A DNA stretch of 64,000 bases from Octopus vulgaris (lineage: Eukaryota), in assembly GCA_951406725.2 (NCBI GenBank), contig OX597822.1:9424001-9488000 (forward strand). The letters run 5' to 3'. Position numbers and translations under genes: made by a program. The stretch's first letter is position 1. Every line of letters starts with the position of its first letter. The notes beneath the pieces were generated by a model. The model was not told the DNA's origin and ran no database searches. It was given only the letters and a program-made list of their open reading frames with translations. Positions 53,911 to 64,000 of the stretch are shown piece after piece.

Positions 53911-54177
53911 TTTACGTATTATTTTTGTATTCATATTCGTGTAACATCGTTCGTTTTTCCGTCCTTGTTTTGTATACATTCGAAGCTTTCTTCCAAGGAA
54001 TTTAATGCGCTTAGCTTAGTGTTTCCTTGGGGCTGGCCAGATTGGAGCAATTTCAAGATTAATCAGCCGAAATTGCGAGGATGATCCGGTTCTTGACTGA
54101 AAATTGAAGGCTTCGAATGTCCTGTCCGTGTTTTTTGTAACGTCTTCTAAATGTTTTGCGTTCTTGTCCCAGTTAGA

Positions 54178-54252
<75 letters not shown>

Positions 54253-54254
<2 letters not shown>

Positions 54255-54775
54255 AATATATAAGGAATGCCCATAATAGGACATTCAACTCACTAGAAAA
54301 AGCAGCCAAACTCCAAACCACTAATAGTTGTAATTCTGAAATGGAAAGAAATAGAAACGTTTACCATTTCCCTCTCTGGACTATGCATAGTTTCGGCGAA
54401 CTTTAGTAAATAAATTAATTAGATTGAATTCATTTACAACTGGCGTGCCTCATCAGCAGAGAAGCCAAGGACTAAATATATATTCACGAGGCAATAATAA
54501 GCATGCCTAGAATCTATATGCCCTAAATTTTCAAAATCCACCACACTCGCGCGGTTATCTCAGCAGCAAATATAAACTGCCGATTTAATTTCAAAATTAG
54601 CCAAAAAATCATTAATCAATAAATTTAAGGGCAGCAAAAAATTCTAGAAAAATTCTCCGCTACCAGCAGTCAAGTGAGAAAGAAAAGATAGTCAATAGAC
54701 TATATAATATACATTCAAATATATAAGGAATACCCATAATAGGACATTCAACTCACTAGAAAGAGCAGCCAAACT
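54253..54775 (-). mobile_element. Direct-repeat-flanked non-coding hammerhead element (retrozyme/PLE-like)
   Basis: About 60-bp direct repeats at 54253-54312 and 54716-54775; internal canonical HHR. Confidence 0.8.
54371..54464 (-). ncRNA. Type I hammerhead ribozyme, canonical core
   Basis: CUUCUCUG-CUGAUGA-GGC...GCC-GAAA-CUAUGCAUAG-UC|CAGAGAGG; 8-bp stem I, palindromic stem III, GUC site. Confidence 0.88.
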
Positions 54776-54776
54776 A

Positions 54777-55210
54777 AAAGAAGGTTTATGTTCCTATAAT
54801 CTGTGTTAATTCTGTAACCCTTTAAAATGGAAGATAAGAAAGTTCATTTTCGCCACTTGATGATTTAGGAACCAGACAAAAATTGCTGCAGCTCGGCTGG
54901 GATGTGTTATTCCACCCTCCATATTCACCAGATATTGCTCCTTCGGATTTCCCATTATTCAGCACTCTGCAGAATAGTCTTAAGGGTAAAAATTTTAATT
55001 CCTTGGATGACGTAACAAGATAACTTGATGAATTCTTTGCCATGAAACCACCTCAATTCTAGGAAGATGGTATTTTCAAGTTAAAGGAAAGATGGAGACG
55101 CATTGTGCAACAAAATGGTTCATATTTGGTTGATTAAAAATGTAATGGCAAGTATTTATTGACCTTTTTCTTTCCTTTAAAAATCGGCACGAACTTTCCG
55201 GACTACCAAA
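54777..55210 (+). mobile_element. Internally deleted mariner, copy 2 (left end missing)
   Basis: Same deletion junction and right TIR as 29167-29731. Confidence 0.9.
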
Positions 55211-55215
55211 TATAT

Positions 55216-55273
<58 letters not shown>

Positions 55274-55473
55274 TGATTGATTTTTTTTTGTTTCAGCCAT
55301 TTGACTGCGGCCATGATGGAGCACCACTTTGAAGGTGTTTTTTTTTTATCGAACAAATCGAACAATAAGTTTACTATTTATTCTACCGGTCTCTTTTGCC
55401 AAACGGAAATATAAACACACCAACACCAGTTGTAAAGCGGTGATAGGGAGCGGGGACAAACACAGACACAAAG

Positions 55474-55517
<44 letters not shown>

Positions 55518-55524
<7 letters not shown>

Positions 55525-56190
55525 CCACTCTCTTATATTTATTTTGTAAAAATATTATAATATATTATAAAATATTATAATAATCCAGGTTTCTCGGAGC
55601 ACTAGGCCACTTGGTGTTGAATAGATATACTATTAAATTAGTATCTAATTCTCTCACCCTTATTAATTAATTATAATTATGCTGCATTTATTTCTAAATG
55701 CTGTATTTGTTTTCCGTGAAAGTTTGGCGCGCTGTTGGTTGGGGCATTTGAATTATAACGTCGGATGTAATCAATTGAACCACACGCGTATTTATCGTTA
55801 TGGTAAAATCTGGCGTGTGATTGAGTGGATTTCATCCAGATAGTTTTGGCTGACGAGCTACAAGTGGATTTTTTTGTAAGTAAAATTACATTTAATTCAT
55901 TAATAGCGAAACAATTGTCCCAAAATAATCTGTATTTTTGTTATTTTTTATTTGCCCTGTCCGTGTGAGCTAACAATCGTACTGACTTTCATGGGAAACA
56001 TGTATTTTTGTGGTTGAAACCTTTTGGATTAACTGGTGCTAGAGTGAGCCATATAGTGACCACTCTCTTATATTTATTTTGTAAAAATATTATAATAATC
56101 CAGGTTTCTCGGAGCACTAGGCCACTTGGTGTTGAATAGATATACTATTAAATTAGTATCTAATTCTCTCACCCTTATTAATTAATTATA
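55518..56190 (+). mobile_element. Direct-repeat-flanked non-coding hammerhead element (retrozyme/PLE-like) in (TA)n
   Basis: About 135-155-bp direct repeats at 55518-55674 and 56053-56190; internal canonical HHR. Confidence 0.85.
55839..55930 (+). ncRNA. Type I hammerhead ribozyme, canonical core
   Basis: GAUAGUUUUGG-CUGACGA-GCUA...UAGC-GAAA-CAAUUG-UC|CCAAAAUAAUC; 10 of 11 pairs in stem I; cleavage predicted after 55919. Confidence 0.9.
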
Positions 56191-57057
56191 TATATATATG
56201 ACGGGCTTCTTTCAGTTTCTGCCTGCCGAATCCACTCACAAGGCTTTGGTGGGCCTGAGGCTAAAGTAGAAGATACTTGCCCAATATACCACGCAGTGGG
56301 ACTGAACCCAAGACCATGTGGTGGTAAGAAAGCTTCTAACCACACACCCACGCTTGCGCGTATACACACTCACACACACACATATACATATATGTGTGTG
56401 TGTGTGTATACATGTATATAGTATGGTCTCGGATGTAGAGGTCAAACACAAAAACACGCACGCACATACATACATAGATACACACATACATACGTACAAA
56501 TATACGTGTGTGTGTGTGTGTGTGTGTTTTCTTCCTCTTCTTCATTTAGAGTAAATTTTGACCGGCCGCCTATTTGGTAACAAGATTGTGAAGAAAAGCA
56601 ACTTGTCTTAACCATCACTCTTTAACTCTTAAGAAGGTCTTTGTAGATCTTTAGTCTCAAATATCTTGATCATTTGTAGTGTGTGGATTAAGGATTTGCG
56701 TTATCTCCCCCACTATCCTAAGTTCAGTCATACTTTGCTCCAGACGGATTTGTATGTATGCTGTTGCTCCAGTGATAATGAGTATGAAGCTGAAAGTTTA
56801 TCATCGGAACTGGATTCGCAAACTCCTTATCAATGATCCATAGATGTCTTCTTCCTGTTGTATTTTTCTAACCAGACTGATGTCGAGAGGGCAACGGATT
56901 TCCACAACAGAACATTTTGTTTCTTTTGTGGTATCACACAATATCTAACTTGGTGGATGTTTTAATTTCTAAGTTCAATGTGTGTGTGTGTGTATGTATG
57001 TATGTATGCATGTGTATGTGTGCGTGTGCACTCATATATCTATGGGTGTGTTTTAAA

Positions 57058-57285
57058 AGGCGGCGAGCTGGCAGAAACGTTAGCACGCCGGGCGAAATGC
57101 GTAGCCGTATTTCGTCTGTCGTTACTTTCCGAGTTCAAATTCCGCCGAGGTCGACTTTGCCTTTCATCCTTTCAGGGTCGATAAATTAAGTACCAGTTAC
57201 GTACTGGGATCGATATAATCGACTTAATCCCTTCGTCTGTCCTTGTTTGTCCCTTCTGTGTTTAGCCCCTTGTGGGTAGTAAAGA
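57058..57285 (+). mobile_element. SINE family B, full length
   Basis: Close to 12912-13140. Confidence 0.9.
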
Positions 57286-57312
57286 AATATATGGGTGTGT
57301 TTTTTGCGTATT

Positions 57313-57656
57313 TGTCAACCAACACAGCTTGAAAACCAGTGATTTCTTTATTCCCTGTTGTATAGTGAAACTCATAGCCCCCACGCCCGGTAAAAAGTGG
57401 TAGTAACCAACCATTATAAATAGACCAGTAACCGGGGTCGTCAAGAGAGTGTCGAAGAATTGAGAGTCGACAGTTGTAGTCGGTGTCTTGTGCAGCTATC
57501 AGCGATAGTAAGACAGAAGTTAGTGTGTTACTATTCCGATACGAAGAGACACAACGGTGTCCAATAACCAGTAACTATTCTGGCTACTAGCACAAAACTG
57601 CAATTACAGTACAACGGCAGTCACACATCACAACAGTGGGAGGAAACTACTTGACA
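57313..57656. mobile_element. Possible solo LTR
   Basis: TGTCAA...TTGACA termini and internal TATAAATA; no clear TSD. Confidence 0.25.
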
Positions 57657-57826
57657 ACAGTCCCCACAACTTTGCAGTTCGGCAAAACAGAATGATAGGA
57701 TTTTTTTCCAGGTTTAAAATCCACTGGGGTCGATTTGTTCGACTAAACCCTTTCGTGCAATGCTCCTGCATGGCCGTAATCCAACTGACAGAAACAAGTA
57801 AAAGAAGGATGCATATATATATCATA

Positions 57827-58205
57827 TCTTTATATATAAAAGTAAGGTTGTGTGTCTGTCTCCTACGATTTAGATTCCTAACTACTCCCACATTTTGCGG
57901 TGCAGTTTAACCAAAACCGGGTATTTTATAGTCGTGATTCATATCGAGCCCTTCTGGGTATTAGCGCGCGTCTACGATGAGTCTACGATTTTAAAAATAA
58001 TTTACCATCATTTTTTTCCATTTTAATGCATTCTTTCGCTATTATATAAGGGAAGTAACTCTCTAAAAATGTCTACGATGAGTCAACGATTTAAAAAAAA
58101 TTTAGTATAATTTTTTTTTGTTGCTATTTTTTGGCTATAACTCTCTAAAAATGCTTTATAGTTATTTCCCTTACAAACCCGAGCAACGCCGGGCGATACT
58201 GCTAG
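57827..58205 (+). mobile_element. Non-autonomous Helitron-like element, copy 3 (internal duplication)
   Basis: A|TC start, hairpin and CTAG|T end; GTCTACGATGAGTC block duplicated. Confidence 0.85.
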
Positions 58206-59174
58206 TTATATATATAACAGGCATGCGCGCGCGCACTCACGCGATTATATAAATTAAGCTAAAAGGGCAATGATACTTTACTTAGTAATTTAAATCGACA
58301 AGCGCATAATTATTACAAGATCGGATTAGAAGATATTTGGGAGTTCACTCTTAATATAGGCATATAAAATAAATTGATTACAAAGAACTGGTTAAATTGA
58401 ATAAAAAGCAGGTTTTGATTAAGGAGTTTGCTTAAAATTTGATTAGTATATCTGAGAGTTGATTAAAATATATAGATGAAGGAAGCGTAGTTAAAAAGTA
58501 ATGAAGATTAATTTAAATCTATATAAATTGTTCAATATATAATCTGGAATAAGAAGACGGTAACATAAAAATACGTAAAATAGGCTGGGCTAAAACTTAA
58601 ATGATAATATTAAGCAATTATAATGTAGAAGGATATGGGTTTTGGAAGATGGGATAAGAAAATATTAATTTAAGAATTTAATCTAATATTGCGCATGAGA
58701 TAATTTGGTTACAAAAATTGATTAAATAATACTTGCAAAAAATATCGATTAAGGAATTTAAATTAAATTAATATATCCGATGTAGTGATTAGAAAGTATT
58801 GATTAAGGAGCATAAGGGAACGTGATAAAACACTATTGATTAATTTAAATTTACAAAGAATATTTACTTTACAGGGTTTATAATACAAGAACGTATAGAA
58901 GCAATTGTATTGATTCGGGAATCTGAGAGCTAAATATTTGTTAGACGGTGTATGACTTAATTCAATTCAAAAAAGATTGCGGGATTGGAAGGAAGACTCT
59001 AAGCTGGCATGAATAAAGATGTATTAGGAAAAATATTGAAAATCATCGCGTACACTATTTGTATTATCGATTTATATGTTATATAACTCTTCCTGATTGA
59101 AAATTTGTTCTGAATGAAACAGACAGCGAGCTGTTAGAGTTATTCGTGCGTGTGTGTATGTGTGTGTGTAATAT

Positions 59175-59429
59175 CTTTTATCTTTTACTTGTTTCACTCA
59201 TTGCTCTGTAGCCATGCATAGGGTACCGCCTTGGTGGATTTAGATGAAGAAATCCGACTCCGGTGCTTATTTTTAAGCCTGGTACTTATTCTATCGGTTT
59301 CTTTTTGCCGATCCGCTAAGTTTCGGGGACGTAAAGAAACCAAGGTCTGTTGTCAAGCAACGGGGGGCAAAGACAAATACAAAGACGCGCGCGCTCGCAC
59401 ACACACATACAAACACATACACTCACACA

Positions 59430-59468
<39 letters not shown>

Positions 59469-59515
59469 ACACATACACACACACACACATACACACACAT
59501 ACAAACACATACACT

Positions 59516-59550
<35 letters not shown>

Positions 59551-59705
59551 GACAGGCATATTTCATTTTCCATCTTCCAAATCCACTCAAAAGGCTTTGG
59601 TCGAAGCGGCGCAGAGGTTAAAGCAGAAGATACTTGCTCAAGGTGCCTGGCAGTGACACTGAACCTGCAACCATGTGGCTAAGAATCAAACTTCTTGCCA
59701 CATGG
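59175..59705 (-). mobile_element. SINE family A (diverged) with long (CA)n
   Basis: Family A tail and head motifs on the minus strand. Confidence 0.75.
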
Positions 59706-59725
59706 CACATGCATACATGTATATG

Positions 59726-60925
59726 CGAGGTGGCAACAAAAGGTTCCCGGGCAAGTTTTGTAGCACGGCAACACGGTTGTGCGTTCCGTGAGAGCTAGCA
59801 GTGACCTCCATGGGGCAGTGTGTCGAGTGACATCGCTAAGTTTACTTAGCAAGTTGTGGAATTTGTGTTTTTGTGATCACGTGTATGCTGTAGCCTTCTA
59901 TTTCGTCATGGACAGGGAGTTGGAACAAAAAGCCAACGTAAAATTTTGCGTTGAATTTGGGAAGTCTGCTGGAGACATTGAACATACTTCGTAAGTTTAC
60001 GGCTACGAGGCACTGGGTTGCACGCAATGTTTCGAATGGCACGGGCACTTCAAAAGCAAAAGAACGTCCCTGGAAGGCGATGAGCGATCCGGAAGACTTG
60101 CCACGAGCATCAACTCCGGAAATAGGAAGAAAATTCATCAGCTTGGGCATGAGAATCGTCGGAGGATAATCAACGACATTGCTAATGTTGGTCTGTCGTA
60201 TGGGTCCGTGCAGGTAATCCTAACGTCGGAATTGAACATGCGGCGTGTCTCTGCCAAGTTTATACCCAGCCTACTGACCACTGAGCAGAAAGAACATTGC
60301 GTCGAAATCTGTCAAGATCTCCGTCAACGTGCCGCTGGTGACCCGTCCTTCACATCGAGGTTCATCGCCGTTGATGGGGGCTTCAAAAGCGGAGGAACGT
60401 CACTGTGATTTTTTTCGAAATCCGCGGTATTGTGCATCGAGAATTGCCCCCACCCCATCACCCGGGCCAGACGGTCAATCGAGAGTTGTACTACAACGTT
60501 TTGAAACGTTAGAGGGAGGAATTCGGCGAAAGCGACCGGATCTGTGAAGCACAAAGAATTGGACTCTTCACAACGGCGATGCTCCCTGTCGCCGAGCTAA
60601 CCCTCACTCGTTAGCTTTTCACCAAAAACAACATGGTATCGCTTCTGCATCCACCCTATTCGCCAAATTGAGCACATGCAGACTTCAGTCTCTTCCCCAA
60701 TATGGAAATGCAGCCCAAATGTCGTTGTCGAGATGCAGAGCGAATCGCAGAAAGTCCTCGACTCGTTTACGCAAAACGACTTCAAGGCTGGATTCCAAAA
60801 GTGACAGGAACGCTAACACCGGTGTAGTGCTGCGCAAGGTGACTATTTCGAAGGGGATGATGTTAAAACTTTAAAAATAAATCATTTTTTTTATTAAACA
60901 TAACTTGTCTGGGAACCTTTTGATG
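59726..60925 (+). mobile_element. Decayed mariner (irritans-like) transposon; transposase pseudogene 59908-60874
   Basis: TIRs CAAAAGGTTCCCGGGCAAGTT / AACTTGTCTGGGAACCTTTTG; MDRELEQKANVKFCV.., LNMRRVSAKFIPSLLTTEQK, HPPYSP. Confidence 0.88.
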
Positions 60926-60942
60926 TATGTATATATGTATAA

Positions 60943-60975
<33 letters not shown>

Positions 60976-60979
<4 letters not shown>

Positions 60980-61156
60980 GTGGCTGTGTGGTTCTGGGTC
61001 CAGTCCCACTGCGTGGCACCTTGGGCAAGGGTCTTCTACTATAACCTCGGGTCAGCCAAAGCCTTGTGAGTGGATTTGGTAGACGGAAACTGAAAGAAGC
61101 CTGTCGTATATGTGTGTGTGTGTCTGTGTTTGTCCTTCCACCATTGCTTGACAACA
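60976..61156 (+). mobile_element. SINE family A, partial
   Basis: GGAGTGGCTGTGTGG...CACCTTGGGCAAG. Confidence 0.85.
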
Positions 61157-61227
61157 GAGTGTGATGATAGACGAAATGCTACTAAGCACTTTCTCCAATG
61201 TGGAAATGATTCAATCATCTTATCACC

Positions 61228-61279
<52 letters not shown>

Positions 61280-61719
61280 CAACAACAATAACAATAAATG
61301 GATAAATAGTTAAATAAGATGAATAAAAGAAATAATGAAGCAAAGCGAAAAGAAAAAGTCGAAGCGAGACACGACATATGTTGTTAGTGGTAAAGTATAC
61401 TGAAGCGTGTACTTGTAAGGTATGTAGCAACAGTTACTGTAGAATTGTAGTAGACTTGTACAATGTCGTTGGTTTAATGACATCGGGAAAACTGTAATAG
61501 CTTCCACGTGACTAGCAGTAAAAAAAAATGTTATGGAAAGATTCCAGAGAAAGTGTTCAAAGGAAACAGAATAGCCATTTTGAAGAGCAGTAAATACACA
61601 ATCATTGGCAAGGAATGGATGCAAAAACCTCTTGGATATAATAATTTATACATACATACATATATATATATAAATAGATAAATGGTAGAAAATGAAATGA
61701 AAGACATTCTGTATTTAAA

Positions 61720-62120
61720 AGGAGTGGCTGTGTGGTAAGTAGCTTGCTAACCAACCACATGGTTCCGGGTTCAGTCCCACTGCGTGACATCTTGGGCAAG
61801 TGTTTTCTGCTATAGCCCCGGGCCGACCAATGCCTTGTGAGTGGATTTGGTTGACGGAAACTGAAAGAAGCCTGTCGTATATATGTATATATATGTATAT
61901 GTATGTGTTTGTGTGTCTGTGTTTGTCCCCCTAGCATTGCTTGACAACCGATGCTGGTGTGTTTACGTCCCCGTCACTTAGCGGTTCGGCAAAAGTGACC
62001 GATAGAAAAAGTACTGGGCTTACAAAGAATAAGTCCCGGGGTCGATTTGCTCGACTAAAAGGCGGTGCTCCAGCATGGCCGCAGTCAAATGACTGAAACA
62101 AGCAAAAGAGAGTAAAAGAG
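61720..62120 (+). mobile_element. SINE family A, full-length reference copy
   Basis: A box TGGCTGTGTGG, B box GGTTCAGTCCC, CORE-like motif, tail TGACTGAAACAAG.AAAAGAG. Confidence 0.92.
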
Positions 62121-62582
62121 GGTCAGATTATAACGAAAAAATGTGCTAAACAGAATGTAGTATAAAAGGAAGAACATATAAAGATAATAAAGTGATCAAA
62201 TGGTGAAGACAGACCATTTTTCAAAAAAGCGCATAAAAACTAGATTCGATTGTGGAATGGGGCCAGGTGTTTTTTTCGCGAAAGACGGAGAGAAATTTAG
62301 GTCCTTCGCAGAAACAAAGAAACAGTTGATAAGTACTGAAATGGTTAGTCTTCACCATTTCATCACTTTGTTATCTCTAAATACTTAATTTCATTTTTCA
62401 TTCTCTTTCGCACTTTCTTCCTTGAAATCTCGCCATTGGGTTTAGCATTGTCTGTAATCATCGCTTTGGGTATGCATTCTTTCTCCGAACTAAGCGCAGA
62501 CGACAATCACACCTTTCTTACTCATGTCATTAGGGGTGTTGGTTTGTGTGTGTGTAAGTGGATGAGTGAGTATGCGCGCATC

Positions 62583-62939
62583 GAGGCGCAATGGCCCAGT
62601 GGTTAGGGCAGCGGACTCGCGGTTTCGATTCCCAGACCGGGCGTTGAGTGTTTATTGAGCGAAAACACCTAAAGCTCCACGAGGCTCCGGCAGGGATGGT
62701 GGTGATCCCTGCTGTACTCTTTCACCACAACTTTCTTCCTGTTTCTGTTGTACCTGTATTTCAAGGGGCCGGCCTTGTCACTCTCTGTGTCACGCTGAAT
62801 ATCTCCGAGAACTACGTTAAAGGTGCACGTGTCTGTGGAGTGCTCAGCCACTTACACGTTAATTTCACGAGCAGGCTGTTCCGTTGATTCGGATCAACCG
62901 GAACCCTCGTCATCGTAACCGACGGAGTGCTTCCATCCA
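62583..62939 (+). mobile_element. SINE family C, full length
   Basis: tRNA-like head GGCGCAATGGCCCAGTGGTTAGGGCAGCGGAC, GTTTCGATTCC. Confidence 0.9.
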
Positions 62940-63277
62940 TGCACGCGTAGATGTAAGCTGGCTTTCACGAGTGGTGACTATCTCGTCTTTTTGCGTAGTT
63001 AATACTACGTTACACCCGGTGCCTTCATTTTTATAAGAGAGTACGATAGGATTTTAATATGGCCGCTATTTCATGTAGATTGAGCGACCGAAATTTTATT
63101 GAACGTGCTTGTACGTGTGTGTGTGTGCGCATGAAATTTTGTTAAACGTTGATATATAATAGTGTTTGTCTAGATGCGTGTGTAGTTGCAACATAAACTT
63201 ATATTAATAACAGAAATGAATATTTTGTAAGTATAATGAAGATAGGAGTGGCTGTGTGGTAAGTAGCTTGCTAACCA

Positions 63278-64000
63278 GACATGCGCAGTTAGTCGGTTGC
63301 TTCCTGTTGAGCTAGAGTGGACGTGAGTCCAACTAAAGAAAAAGACCAAAAACGGAAAGTTGTCGAGGTAAGTGATTTTGTTTATTGTGAGTTGGGCATA
63401 ATTTATTGCGTGCCAATTATTATTTCAGTAGGTTGTGTCCAACTCTGAGACAATTTCGCCTGCGCTAGGCGGCTGCCGTTTTTGTGTTCATTGAAAAAAA
63501 AAAAAAAAGAAAAAACAGTGGAGGGGCGTATACTCAGGATTCAATACAGTTACTGTTAAAATTACCGTTGGCAGTAACCAGTGCTGTGTTTGAGTTTGCT
63601 GAATTTATTCCCTTGTCAGAGTACTTCGCAAGAAAAGTATAAAAATAAGCCACTATTGGATTACCTTTCGGACCCATTTTTGTGGAGGTTGTGTTGCAGT
63701 TGCGGCGTTCCAGGTTCAACCCAGGCCGGGAGTACCGCAGAATATTTTTGCTGTGTTTTTTCTGTTTATTAACTTTCTTTTGAACTTCATTTACCCCCCC
63801 TTTTGTTTTTTCTTTATTGCGACTTTCCGTTAATTTCTTCCCTTCTGTTGTGCTTTCTCCTTTTTGTTTTTTCAAAAATCTATCAAATTTATTTAGACTT
63901 TTGAACTTTTTTCTTCCTGCTTTTGAGTCTAATTTGAATATATTTTTTAAAAAACATGGCAATGAAAAATAACAAAGTTTTGGAGTGGGAAATCATACCA
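63278..64000 (+). mobile_element. Relative of the 41032 element (5' UTR and ORF1 start at 63957), inserted in a SINE A head (63244-63277); runs off the window
   Basis: AAAAAACATGGCAA context; MAMKNNKVLEWEIIP versus MANNNEKLVEWEITP. Confidence 0.75.

Noticed and set aside
63534-63962. 142-aa Lys-rich minus-strand ORF
   Set aside because: Antisense to the T-rich 5' UTR of the ORF1-family element; no counterpart in the 41032 copy

Overview
AT-rich, repeat-dense eukaryotic DNA with no recognisable intact host protein-coding gene. The microsatellite load and tRNA-SINE families are consistent with a cephalopod (octopus-like) genome; this is an inference. Nearly all ORF-track entries are microsatellite or SINE artefacts. 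The window holds three abundant tRNA-headed SINE families, a (TAA)n-associated non-autonomous element, decayed LINEs (R4/Dong-type RLE and RTE), five Tc1/mariner relics and four Helitron-like elements. Four observations stand out. (1) Many small non-coding elements, mostly embedded in (TA)n arrays, carry hammerhead ribozyme (HHR) folds. Two are about 520-670 bp units with terminal direct repeats and fully canonical type I hammerheads (54253-54775, 55518-56190), resembling retrozymes or non-autonomous Penelope-like elements (PLEs). (2) A tRNA-headed SINE carries a minimal Penelope-type hammerhead plus inverted 3' copies, at two loci. (3) An ORF1-only L1/Tx1-like retroelement is inserted twice at the same site in the tRNA head of a SINE. 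(4) A near-perfect RFX X-box lies in one of the few unique stretches. Coordinates were read by eye and may be off by a few bases.
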